From Thermoanaerobaculia bacterium (GTDB taxonomy: Bacteria > Acidobacteriota > Thermoanaerobaculia > Multivoradales > JAHEKO01), in contig JBAUDS010000444.1 in assembly GCA_049678185.1 (NCBI GenBank), positions 7,158-71,157 on the forward strand: DNA of 64,000 bases, read 5' to 3'. The notes beneath the pieces were generated by a model. That model was not told the origin of the DNA. It saw only the letters and a list, made by a program, of their open reading frames with translations, and made no database searches. Made by a program: the position numbers and the translations under genes. Shown here one piece after another: positions 45,399 through 53,969 of this stretch (the stretch's first letter is position 1; every line of letters starts with the position of its first letter).

Positions 45399-46700
45399 TC
45401 AGGCTGTGGGTAGACCGCGATCGATGACCGCCTCCATGGCGTCGGCGAAGCGGTCGATCTCCTGCGGGGTGGTGAACACACTGGGCGAGACCCGGATGCC
45501 CTCGAACTCCGGGTGCTTGATGGCGACGACAAAGATACGATGGGTCTCCCACAGGTGGTCAGCCAACTCGGTGGAGTCGACCCCGTCGATCTGGACCGTG
45601 GCGATCCCGTAGGCGAATCCGGGCTCGAGACTGGTGTGGAGTCGCACCCGGTCGGACTCGATCAACCGCTCGGCCCAGCGGTTCCGCAGATAGACCAGAC
45701 GGGCGGCCTTGCGCTGGATACCGATCCCCTGGTTGAAGGTCAGCGCCTCGGCAATGGCCAGATAGTTGGCGGCCGGGTGGGTGCCGATCTCCTCGTACTT
45801 GCGAACGTTGTCGTCCATCTCGTCGGTGGCGGCCATCAGCGGCCACAGATCCCGGATCTTGTCCCGCCTGACATAGAGCAGACCGGTGCCGTGGGGAGCA
45901 AAAAGCCACTTGTGGAGGCTGGTGGCGAAGTAGTCGCAGTCGAGGTCCTTCTGCGTGAAGTCATAGTGGGCAAAGGTGTGGGCACCGTCGACGATCACCG
46001 GGATCCCCTTTCTGCGGGCCATCTGCACGACCTGGCGCACCGGCAGGATCTGGCCGGTGATGTTGATCATGTGGCACATGAGGATCAGTCGGGTGCGCGG
46101 GGTGATGTTCTCCTCGAACAGAGCGACGATCTGGTCCGGATCTTCGGCCGGGATGGGAATCTGGAAGCGGCGCAGGACGATCCCCTCGCGCCGCTCGCGC
46201 TGTTTGAAGGTGGTGACCATCCGTGGATAGTCCTGGGTGGTGGTGAGCACTTCGTCACCGGGCGCGAGGTCGAAGCCGAACTGGCAGATCTGCAGTCCCT
46301 CCGAGGCGTTGCGGGTAAGCGCGATCTCCTCCGGGTCGCAGGCGAAAAAGCGGGCCAGACGCTGCCGCACCGGTTCGCGCTGGGGCTCGAGGATCCGCCA
46401 CATGGTGTACGGGGGCACGGTGTTGGAATAGTCGAGGTGCCGCTTCATCGCCTGCTGCACCACGGCCGGGGCCGGGCTGACGCCGCCGTTGTTGAGGTTG
46501 ACCAGGCTGCGGTCGGGGGTGAAGGCCTGCTGGACCCGGAACCAGAAGGCCTCGTCGGTGGCGACCTCCGCCGGGCTCCCGGGGTAGGAAGCCAGATCTT
46601 GAGTGATGGCGGCGACCCGTTCCGGCCTGAGGGCGGCCATGGCCATCAGGGCACCGGCGGGCAAGGCGATCGAGCCGAGAAACTGGCGGCGACTGTGCAT
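45399..46700 (-). CDS. TAT-exported class V aminotransferase-fold PLP enzyme (cysteine-desulfurase / isopenicillin-N-epimerase-like)
   Basis: The twin-arginine motif SRRQFLGS is followed by an h-region, and class V fold blocks are present. The gene lies immediately upstream of ridA on the same strand. Confidence 0.75.
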   Translation of the reverse strand: MHSRRQFLGSIALPAGALMAMAALRPERVAAITQDLASYPGSPAEVATDEAFWFRVQQAFTPDRSLVNLNNGGVSPAPAVVQQAMKRHLDYSNTVPPYTMWRILEPQREPVRQRLARFFACDPEEIALTRNASEGLQICQFGFDLAPGDEVLTTTQDYPRMVTTFKQRERREGIVLRRFQIPIPAEDPDQIVALFEENITPRTRLILMCHMINITGQILPVRQVVQMARRKGIPVIVDGAHTFAHYDFTQKDLDCDYFATSLHKWLFAPHGTGLLYVRRDKIRDLWPLMAATDEMDDNVRKYEEIGTHPAANYLAIAEALTFNQGIGIQRKAARLVYLRNRWAERLIESDRVRLHTSLEPGFAYGIATVQIDGVDSTELADHLWETHRIFVVAIKHPEFEGIRVSPSVFTTPQEIDRFADAMEAVIDRGLPTA

Positions 46701-46792
46701 GGAGTCTCCCTCCTCAGGGCTACGCAGAGTGGCGAGTGTCGAACTGAACGATGAGCTCAAAGTATACAGAGGGCTTGGCCAGCCCTCCTGAC

Positions 46793-46818
46793 GAAGCGGC
46801 CGGCCACCGTGCCGGCCG
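46793..46818 (+). repeat. REP-like GC hairpin, copy 4
   Basis: The copy GAAGCGGCCGGCCACCGTGCCGGCCG lies about 27 nt 3' of the PPK2 stop. Confidence 0.6.
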
Positions 46819-46844
46819 ATCGACTACTGATTCTCTTTCGCGGC

Positions 46845-47657
46845 TCAATCCTCGATCACGACCCCCTCGAGCCCCTCTTCCGCCTCTGGATACCGCATCT
46901 CGAGCCCCTCGAGCGTGTCGACGAGAATCTGCGATATGAGGAGGTTGCGGAACCACTTCTGATCACCGGGGATGATGTACCAGGGGGCCGACTCGGTGCT
47001 GGTCTTCGACAGGACATCTTCGTAGGCCTGCTGGTAGTCGTCCCAGAGGGCGCGCTCGGCCAGGTCCCCCTTGGCGAACTTCCAGTTCTTGTCCGGCTCG
47101 TCGAGCCTGGCCTGGAGTCTTTCCTTCTGCTCCTTCTTCGAGATGTGGAGAAAGAACTTGAGGATGGTGGCACCCTCTTCGGCGAGCAGTCGCTCGAAGT
47201 CGTTGATCTGCGCGTATCTCAGTTTCCACACCTTTTTGGGCACCAGGTCGTGGACCCGCACCACCAGGACGTCCTCGTAGTGACTGCGGTTGAAGATGAC
47301 GATCTCGCCGCTGCCCGGGGTGTGCGGGTGGACCCGCCAGAGATAGTCGTGGGCCAATTCACGAGAGGTAGGCTTCTTGAAGCTCGCCACTTTGACCCCT
47401 TGCGGGTTGACCCCGTCGAACACATGCCGGATGGTGCCGTCCTTGCCGCCGGTGTCCATCGCCTGCAGCATCACCAGCACTTTGTGCTTCGACTCTGCCC
47501 ACAGCAGCTCCTGCAGCTCTTCTAGACGTTCGGTAAGGGGAGCGAGCCTCTCTCGGCCCTCATCCTTGTCGAGCCCGACAGCATCCCCTCCACGCGTGGC
47601 CCACTCATCGAGCTCGATGCGGCTGTCCGGCGGAATGCGATAGCGATTGGCTTTCAC
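46845..47657 (-). CDS. polyphosphate kinase 2 (PPK2) family protein
   Basis: It has Walker A-like MDTGGKDGT and the lid and PPK2 blocks (FNRSHYEDVLVVRVH). The start was set at an in-frame GTG after AGGAGGGAG, which gives about 270 aa. The maximal ORF would overlap the divergent gene start, so the N-terminus is uncertain. Confidence 0.7.
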   Translation of the reverse strand: MKANRYRIPPDSRIELDEWATRGGDAVGLDKDEGRERLAPLTERLEELQELLWAESKHKVLVMLQAMDTGGKDGTIRHVFDGVNPQGVKVASFKKPTSRELAHDYLWRVHPHTPGSGEIVIFNRSHYEDVLVVRVHDLVPKKVWKLRYAQINDFERLLAEEGATILKFFLHISKKEQKERLQARLDEPDKNWKFAKGDLAERALWDDYQQAYEDVLSKTSTESAPWYIIPGDQKWFRNLLISQILVDTLEGLEMRYPEAEEGLEGVVIED

Positions 47658-47782
47658 GGCTCCCTCCTGGATTTCGTCCTGTAGGATGTGGGTGAAGGCT
47701 ATCCCATCGGCACGGACGGCGACGTTCTCTTGCCCGTTCTGTAACCGACGTGGGAGGATGCTGGAGCCGAAGGAGGAGTCCG

Positions 47783-48703
47783 ATGTCACGCAACCTCATT
47801 CTGTCGACCATTTTTCTTTGCATATTGACGGCTGGTGTCGTACAAGCGGCCTCGGTCGAGCAGGCCAGGTCCTATATCCAGGATCGGGACCTGGCGCGGG
47901 CGAAGCAGGAGCTGGCGCAGGTTCTGGCCTCGGACGCAGCCGACGAGGAGATGGCGGCGGCACTCGATCTGATGGCGGCGATCGCGGTCGAAGAGCGGGA
48001 TTACACCAGTGCCGCGGATCTGTGGGAAAGGCTGGTGACCGACTACCCCAAACGGGCCGAGGAGCTGGGAGCGGCGACCAAGCTCCTGCTGGCGAAAGCT
48101 CTAATCGGGCAGGAAGAGGTCAAGATGGCCCCGGCACCGGCGGCGGAGGTGCCCGCGGCGCCGGTTGCACCCACCCCGCAGGCGGTGGCGCCGAGCACAG
48201 AGGCGACAGCGGAGAAGGCTGCGCCGGCCCCGGCGCCGGCGACCGCCCCGCAAGAAGTTCGGGCAGAAAAGCCGGCGGCTCCAAGGGTACCCGGGCTGGT
48301 GCTGGTGGCAGGCACCGGTAAACCCTACGAAGCCGCCGAGCACGCCGTTGCGGAGTTGGCGACTTATCTGATCGAAAGTGGCGTCAACACCGAGCTGCCG
48401 ACCGGTGGTATCCCCGTGGTCGAGAGCGCAACCACCTCGATGATGCGGTTACTGGAGGCGGTCGAAGATCGTGGTGCCGAGAGCCTGGTCTTCATGCGGG
48501 TGAATTTCGCGACCGTGGAGAAGATCGCGGTCGAGGTCTACTCTCCCGATGGTGCTCTGTTGTGGAAGGAGCGTGTAAGCGGCGGTACCGGGCACACGGG
48601 CCGTCCCTACTCCAAGACCGGTGTCAATGCCAAGCTCATGGAACGGTTCCTTGGCAAGATCGCCAAGCGTATCGGCGGCCCCGGTCTACCGGTCAGCCAC
48701 TAG
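47783..48703 (+). CDS. secreted protein of unknown function (TPR-like N-terminus, Ala/Pro-rich linker, unknown C-terminal domain)
   Basis: It has a strong AGGAGGAG RBS and a signal peptide ([19 protein letters not shown]). Confidence 0.5.
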   Translation: MSRNLILSTIFLCILTAGVVQAASVEQARSYIQDRDLARAKQELAQVLASDAADEEMAAALDLMAAIAVEERDYTSAADLWERLVTDYPKRAEELGAATKLLLAKALIGQEEVKMAPAPAAEVPAAPVAPTPQAVAPSTEATAEKAAPAPAPATAPQEVRAEKPAAPRVPGLVLVAGTGKPYEAAEHAVAELATYLIESGVNTELPTGGIPVVESATTSMMRLLEAVEDRGAESLVFMRVNFATVEKIAVEVYSPDGALLWKERVSGGTGHTGRPYSKTGVNAKLMERFLGKIAKRIGGPGLPVSH

Positions 48704-49676
48704 TGTTACCGCCTTCGGGTTCGTCGAGGAACCCGTGCTCGCGCATCCAGTCGTCGGAAACGAACTTGGTCAGGTAGTTGCGGATCGAGTCGGGCAGAAT
48801 CACCAAGGCTTTCTTCACCTCCGGGTAGTGCTCGAGTGCCTGGAGCATCGCCCAGACCGCGGTGCCGGAGCTGCCGCCAACCAGCAGTCCCTCTTCCCGG
48901 ATCAGTCTCCGAGCCATGAGGAAGCTCTCCCGGTCGTTGACATAGATCCAGCGGTCGACGAGGTCCCGGTCGAGCACCCCGGGAATGAAGTCGTAGCCGA
49001 TGCCTTCGACCTGGTAGGTGGCGACCTCGGTGCGACCTCCGAGTATCGAGCCCTCCGGGTCGACACCGATGATCAAAATATCGGGGTTCTTCTCCTTGAG
49101 GAAGCGGGCCACGCCGGTGATGGTGCCGCCGGTACCGGCGCTGATCACCACCATGTCCAGTGAGTCACCAAAATCCTCCGAGATCTCGGCGCCGGTGCCG
49201 TGGTAATGGGCGTCGGGGTTGTCGGGGTTCTCGTACTGGTCGGGAATGACCGAGCCGTCGATCTCCTCGTTGAGTCGTTTGGCGACCCCGAGCAGACTCT
49301 CGGGATCGTCGTGGGCCGCCTCGGTCGGGGTACGGATGATCTCGGCACCCAGCGCCTCCATCACCACCTGTTTCTCCTGGCTCATCTTCTCCGGCATGGT
49401 AATGATCAGCCGGTAACCCTTGACCGCGGCGGTCATGGCGAGACCGGCGCCGGTATTGCCGCTGGTGGGCTCGATGAGGGTGGTGACCCCGGGCTGGGCG
49501 CGGCCGGCCTTCTCCAGCCCATCCACCATACGCACGGCAATCCGGTCCTTGACCGAGCCGCCGGGGTTCAAGAACTCGCACTTGGCGTAGAGCTCGGTTG
49601 AAAGCTCCGCCCCGATCTTGTTGAGTCGCACCACCGGGGTCCTGCCCACGATCTGCAGGATGTTGTCGTAGATCAT
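48693..49676 (-). CDS. cystathionine beta-synthase / cysteine synthase family PLP enzyme (no CBS-pair domains)
   Basis: The [17 protein letters not shown] block holds the PLP lysine, and the GNTG loop is present. The 327-aa product is measured from the MIYDNIL start. Confidence 0.85.
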   Translation of the reverse strand: MIYDNILQIVGRTPVVRLNKIGAELSTELYAKCEFLNPGGSVKDRIAVRMVDGLEKAGRAQPGVTTLIEPTSGNTGAGLAMTAAVKGYRLIITMPEKMSQEKQVVMEALGAEIIRTPTEAAHDDPESLLGVAKRLNEEIDGSVIPDQYENPDNPDAHYHGTGAEISEDFGDSLDMVVISAGTGGTITGVARFLKEKNPDILIIGVDPEGSILGGRTEVATYQVEGIGYDFIPGVLDRDLVDRWIYVNDRESFLMARRLIREEGLLVGGSSGTAVWAMLQALEHYPEVKKALVILPDSIRNYLTKFVSDDWMREHGFLDEPEGGNTSG

Positions 49677-49827
49677 CTGGTCCCCTCTCTGGACGCTGAC
49701 AAAAAAGCAGCGGGGAGTATACCTTCCGTCTCCGGGGTGGTGGCTCGAGAGTCGGTTCGGGCTGGGATAGGATGCGAGCTGCGACAGCCAACGGGCGAGG
49801 GTTTCCCCTCGGAAGGAAAGGAGAATC

Positions 49828-51606
49828 ATGAACAGTCTGAGCAGATGGGTGGGTCTGACCCTGGTCGGTGCGGTCTTGGGATGCGCGCCGGCGAATGGTC
49901 CGGCAGCGACCGATTCGACAGCCGATCTTCATGGCCTCTTCGACGAGGCCTGGAGCTTTGTGCTGGAGGAGAACCCCTTCTACGCCACCTATGTGGGGAA
50001 CCACGACTACGACGATCGTCTGCCATCGGCGTCGCTGGCGGACGAGGCCCGGCGCGCCGAATACTGGCAAGAGACCCTGGAGCGGCTGGCAGCGATCGAC
50101 CGCTCGAGTCTTGCCGCGGAAGAGCAGATCAACTACGACATGTTCGAGAGCCAGGTGAGCGATCGGGTTACCGCCTTCGAGCTCAACGACCATCTGATTC
50201 CGATCACCGCCGAGAGCGGATTTCACACCGGCTTTGCACGGCTGGCCGATCGGGTGCCGCTGGCTACCGTCGAAGGCTACGAGAACTACATCTCGCGGCT
50301 GCGGGCGTTCCCCGACCTTGTCGACCAGTACATCGAGGTCATGCGCCAAGGGATTGCCGAGGGCTACGTCCTGCCGCGGGTGGTGCTCGACGGGTATGAG
50401 TCGACGATCGACGCCCACATCGTCGAGGAGGTCGCCGAGAGTGTCTTCTGGAAGCCGTTCGAGAGCTTCCCCACCACCGTGCCCGCGGACGAGCACGAGC
50501 GGTTGCGGGAGGCCGGCGAGGCGGCCATCATCGAAAGGGTGATTCCCGGCTACGAGGCCTTCTACGCTTTTATGGTCGACGAGTACATCCCCAACACCCG
50601 TGAGACCCTGGGAGCCTCGGAGCTTCCCAACGGCCGTGAGCTCTACGACTACCTGATCCGCCACCACACGACCCTGGATCTGACCGCCGACGAGGTGCAC
50701 CAGATCGGGCTCGACGAGGTGGCCCGCATCCGCGCCGAGATGATGGAGGTGATCGAGCAGGTGGGATTCGCGGGGAGCTTTGACGAGTTTGTGGAGTTTT
50801 TGCGTACCGATCCCCGCTTCTACCCGAAGAGCGCCGAGGAGTTGCTGAAAGAGGCCTCCTATATCGCCAAGAAGATGGACGGCAAGCTGCCGTCGCTGTT
50901 CAAGACCCTGCCGCGGCTCCCCTACGGGGTGGAGCCGGTGCCCGAGCACATCGCCCCCAAGTACACCGCCGGCCGCTACGTCGGCGCGCCGGTCGGCAGC
51001 ACCAAGCCGGGCTACTACTGGGTCAACACCTATGCCCTCGAAAGCCGCCCCCTCTATGCGCTGACGGCACTGACCCTGCACGAGGCGGTGCCGGGTCACC
51101 ATCTGCAAAACGCCCTGCGCCAGGAGCTCGAGGATCTGCCCAACTTCCGGCGCTTCTCCGGTGTCAACGCCTATGGCGAAGGGTGGGGCCTCTACTCCGA
51201 GCGGCTCGGTCTCGAAGCGGGCTTCTACGAGGATCCGTACGACAACTTCGGCCGCCTGACCTACGAGATGTGGCGGGCCTGCCGGTTGGTGGTCGACACC
51301 GGGGTCCATGCCAAGGGGTGGACGCGGCAGCAGATGATCGACTATCTCGCCGCCAACACGGCGCTGTCGCTGCACGAGATCACCACCGAGACCGATCGCT
51401 ACATCTCCTGGCCGGGGCAGGCCCTGGCCTACAAGATCGGTGAGCTCAAAATCCGCGAGCTTCGGGCCAAGGCCGAGGAAGCCTTGGGTGAGCGCTTCGA
51501 CATCCGCGAGTTCCACGATGTGATCCTGCGCCACGGGCCGGTGCCGCTTCCGGTGCTGGAGAGCCAGATCGACGCCTTTATCCAGGAGGCACAGGCGAGC
51601 GGCTAG
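49828..51606 (+). CDS. DUF885 family putative metallopeptidase lipoprotein
   Basis: A lipobox ([10 protein letters not shown]) and the [10 protein letters not shown] zinc-binding-like motif are present, and the 592-aa length is typical of DUF885. The 827-aa antisense ORF 49165..51648 is judged spurious. Confidence 0.8.
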   Translation: MNSLSRWVGLTLVGAVLGCAPANGPAATDSTADLHGLFDEAWSFVLEENPFYATYVGNHDYDDRLPSASLADEARRAEYWQETLERLAAIDRSSLAAEEQINYDMFESQVSDRVTAFELNDHLIPITAESGFHTGFARLADRVPLATVEGYENYISRLRAFPDLVDQYIEVMRQGIAEGYVLPRVVLDGYESTIDAHIVEEVAESVFWKPFESFPTTVPADEHERLREAGEAAIIERVIPGYEAFYAFMVDEYIPNTRETLGASELPNGRELYDYLIRHHTTLDLTADEVHQIGLDEVARIRAEMMEVIEQVGFAGSFDEFVEFLRTDPRFYPKSAEELLKEASYIAKKMDGKLPSLFKTLPRLPYGVEPVPEHIAPKYTAGRYVGAPVGSTKPGYYWVNTYALESRPLYALTALTLHEAVPGHHLQNALRQELEDLPNFRRFSGVNAYGEGWGLYSERLGLEAGFYEDPYDNFGRLTYEMWRACRLVVDTGVHAKGWTRQQMIDYLAANTALSLHEITTETDRYISWPGQALAYKIGELKIRELRAKAEEALGERFDIREFHDVILRHGPVPLPVLESQIDAFIQEAQASG

Positions 51607-51617
51607 GCGCCAGAGGA

Positions 51618-52133
51618 ATGAGCAATCGAGCGCTGAGGGCGACAGCACTCGTCGTTGCCCTGATCATCGCCGCCTGGGTCTTCCTGGGGTGGTGGGGAAG
51701 CGACGAGCGGCGGATCAAACGACGGGTCAAGCACCTCCAGAAGCTGGTGACCAAGAACATCGGCGAGGGGGACCTGGGAGCGCTCAACCGCGCCCGCGAG
51801 ATCACCGAGATTTTTGCCGACCCCTTCGACTTCGAAGCCGAGCAGTTCGATTTCCGCAGCCGCGACCGCCAGAGCCTGGCGGTCGGTATCCACAGCTACC
51901 GCTCGCGCGCCGAGACCATAGGCATGCGGGTCCGTGACTGGCAGCTCGATGTCGACAAACCATCGCGGCGGGCGACGCTGAACGTGACCACCGACTTCGT
52001 CACCAGCTTCCGCGACATAACCGGCCGCGAGGCCTATCGCTGGCAGGTGAACTGGGTCGAGCAGGAGGATGAGTGGCGGATCGACTACGTGCGGCTGCTC
52101 GAGGTCATCGAAGAGCCGTCCTGGGGCTTTTGA
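51618..52133 (+). CDS. membrane-anchored protein of unknown function (target gene of the second islet)
   Basis: It has an N-terminal TM segment (ALVVALIIAAWVFLGWW). Its last 85 nt are duplicated in diverged form at 53881..53969. Confidence 0.5.
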   Translation: MSNRALRATALVVALIIAAWVFLGWWGSDERRIKRRVKHLQKLVTKNIGEGDLGALNRAREITEIFADPFDFEAEQFDFRSRDRQSLAVGIHSYRSRAETIGMRVRDWQLDVDKPSRRATLNVTTDFVTSFRDITGREAYRWQVNWVEQEDEWRIDYVRLLEVIEEPSWGF

Positions 52134-52154
52134 CTGCTCGGCTCGACCTCGAGC

Positions 52155-52808
52155 CTAAGGCGAGGCCGGGAGAAACTCGCAGCCGACAGAGCTGAGAAAG
52201 CACCGCTTCTTGCTGCCGCCGAGTAGCTTCATTACTGCCGGTTTGAAGTTGGAGACCGGCTTCCCGGCAGAATTCTTGTTACCCACCGGGTCCGCCGCGA
52301 GTTTCTGGATAACCCTCCGGTCTTTGAACCGGACTCGGACGGTTACCCCAAGCCCATGCCGAATCTCGATCTCTTGCGGCAGCGGGAGGCTCTCTACGAC
52401 ATAGACGTCCCACCTTGGCGAGTGCCATTTGAGGTCGTTCTCCGCGAAGATCCTTCGATGGCCGTCAAATACGTGGAGTTGGGTGATAAACGCCCCACCG
52501 TCGTCCATCGGGTACTTGTAGAAGTTGTCGGACTCTTGGACCCACTCCGGGTTGGGGATCGGAGGCTCGTAATCGGTGGTGAACTGCAGCATCACTTTGC
52601 GAAGTCGCGGCCACTGTTGCGAGCTTTCTACGGCCAGGCTGGTCATCGGTAGGTGAAAGTGCACCCAGGGTTCGTCATGGTTGTCTTCATCCTGGGCCTT
52701 GCCCTCGAGATAGAGACCCCAACCGGCAGGAGTCCACTCACCCCACTCGTCTTCGACCTCCTGGAAGTGCCCGCAGTTGCCGTGGACCCAAGTAATCTGC
52801 GTCGACAT
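52155..52808 (-). CDS. hypothetical cytoplasmic protein (islet cargo)
   Basis: The 217-aa ORF lies in the lower-GC segment, and no motif was recognised. Confidence 0.45.
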   Translation of the reverse strand: MSTQITWVHGNCGHFQEVEDEWGEWTPAGWGLYLEGKAQDEDNHDEPWVHFHLPMTSLAVESSQQWPRLRKVMLQFTTDYEPPIPNPEWVQESDNFYKYPMDDGGAFITQLHVFDGHRRIFAENDLKWHSPRWDVYVVESLPLPQEIEIRHGLGVTVRVRFKDRRVIQKLAADPVGNKNSAGKPVSNFKPAVMKLLGGSKKRCFLSSVGCEFLPASP

Positions 52809-53113
52809 TGACCTGGTCCTCCTAGAAAAAAGTTGTCGTCATCCAGGCAAACCGGTCAAGGCTGCGCTGGTATCCGGATCCGCAAGAGGAATCTCCTCTG
52901 GATGAGACTTACTCGTTCTGTGGAACTTCTCGGAGCTTCGTGGCTGGACCACCCAGTTCGATCAACACGATATCCGAGTCTACGCCCAAACGGTCGAATA
53001 CGATCCGCTGGCCACCCGATTTTGGAGTGAGATCGGACGGCCAGTCGAAAGGGATATAGTGCTTGGAACCACTATCACCAGTTTCTGGTCAAATAGGGAC
53101 CTAGGAGGACGAT

Positions 53114-53791
53114 TTGCGCCAGGTTGCTGCTCGGATAACACCTTTTGTAGTCCTACTGGTTGTTGCTCTTCCCGGGATGGCCGACTCTCGTCTCACCATC
53201 GAGGAAGGGAGCGGTCTGGTCGGCGACGGCGCTGAGCTGCCGGAGGGCATGCGCGAGAGCCTGGCCAATCAAGAGCCAACAACGGTTACCTATTGGTTCA
53301 CCGGGGACCGCGCGGCTCGAGTCGATAAGTCAGGCAGCATCATCAGCCGGCTGGACCGGAGTGAGGCCTACTTCGTCAACACCGACGCCAAGACCTACAC
53401 CGTCATCGAGATGGGCGGCCCAGAAGATGGGCCTGCGCCAACGGCTGTCTCGAAACTCGTCCAATCGGGCGAGACCAGAAAGATCGCCTCCTGGAACACG
53501 GTTCGCTACGACATGACGATCGAGATGGGGGACGAGCCCGCCGAGATTGTCCTGTGGGTCAGCGATGAGGTCGATGTCGACCTATCCTCCTACCGGGCCT
53601 TTGTCGAAGCCATGGCCGACTCGCAGGGGATGGAATGGATGAAGAGCTTTCTCGAGATCGACGGCTACCCGGTACGGCAGGAATTCCGCATGGGTCCCAT
53701 CCTGTCGTGGCAGCAACTCGTCTCGGTAAGTCAGGAGCCGGCACCTGCCGGCACCTACGAGGCACCGGCAGGCTTCGCGAAAGTCGATTAG
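53114..53791 (+). CDS. hypothetical secreted protein (islet cargo)
   Basis: A TTG start 5 nt after AGGAGGA is followed by a signal peptide (ITPFVVLLVVALPGMADS), giving a 225-aa product. Confidence 0.45.
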   Translation: MRQVAARITPFVVLLVVALPGMADSRLTIEEGSGLVGDGAELPEGMRESLANQEPTTVTYWFTGDRAARVDKSGSIISRLDRSEAYFVNTDAKTYTVIEMGGPEDGPAPTAVSKLVQSGETRKIASWNTVRYDMTIEMGDEPAEIVLWVSDEVDVDLSSYRAFVEAMADSQGMEWMKSFLEIDGYPVRQEFRMGPILSWQQLVSVSQEPAPAGTYEAPAGFAKVD

Positions 53792-53880
53792 CTGCGCGAA
53801 TGGCCAGTAGCCTCCAAGTCGGGTGTTTCACGGCCCGGTGATGACGCTCCAGGCGACGCGGCCGAAGCTGGGCTGTGAAG

Positions 53881-53969
53881 CCAACCGCTGGCAGGTAGAC
53901 CGGGTAGAGCAGGAGGAGGAGTGGTGGTTCGACTATGCTCGGCTGCTCGAGGTCATCGAAGACCTCTAG
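53881..53969 (+). pseudogene. orphan diverged 3'-end copy of gene 51618..52133 (alternative C-terminus plus stop)
   Basis: It is about 80% identical over 85 nt, with a 22-nt perfect core GGCTGCTCGAGGTCATCGAAGA. It encodes NRWQVDRVEQEEEWWFDYARLLEVIEDL plus a stop, compared with YRWQVNWVEQEDEWRIDYVRLLEVIEEPSWGF in the intact gene. Confidence 0.55.

Larger units (their letters stand above)
52134..53880. mobile_element. lower-GC genomic islet with two genes of unknown function, inserted at the 3' end of gene 51618..52133
   Basis: It is bounded by the intact 3' end at 52133 and the diverged duplicate at 53881..53969. The GC content is lower than the flanks, and no integrase lies inside. Confidence 0.5.

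Noticed and set aside
49165-51648. An 827-aa ORF on the minus strand, antisense to the DUF885 gene.
   Set aside because: It has no recognisable domains and is Arg/Gly/Pro-rich, as expected for out-of-frame reading of GC-rich DNA. The plus-strand ORF has a lipobox and an HEAVPGHH motif. Other long antisense or overlapping ORFs (6953..7852, 3209..4057, 16705..17460, 10681..11832, 13048..14316, 13469..14308, 21161..22153, 24645..25367, 25643..26062, 41983..42687, 45513..46754, 55478..56554) are rejected for the same reason.
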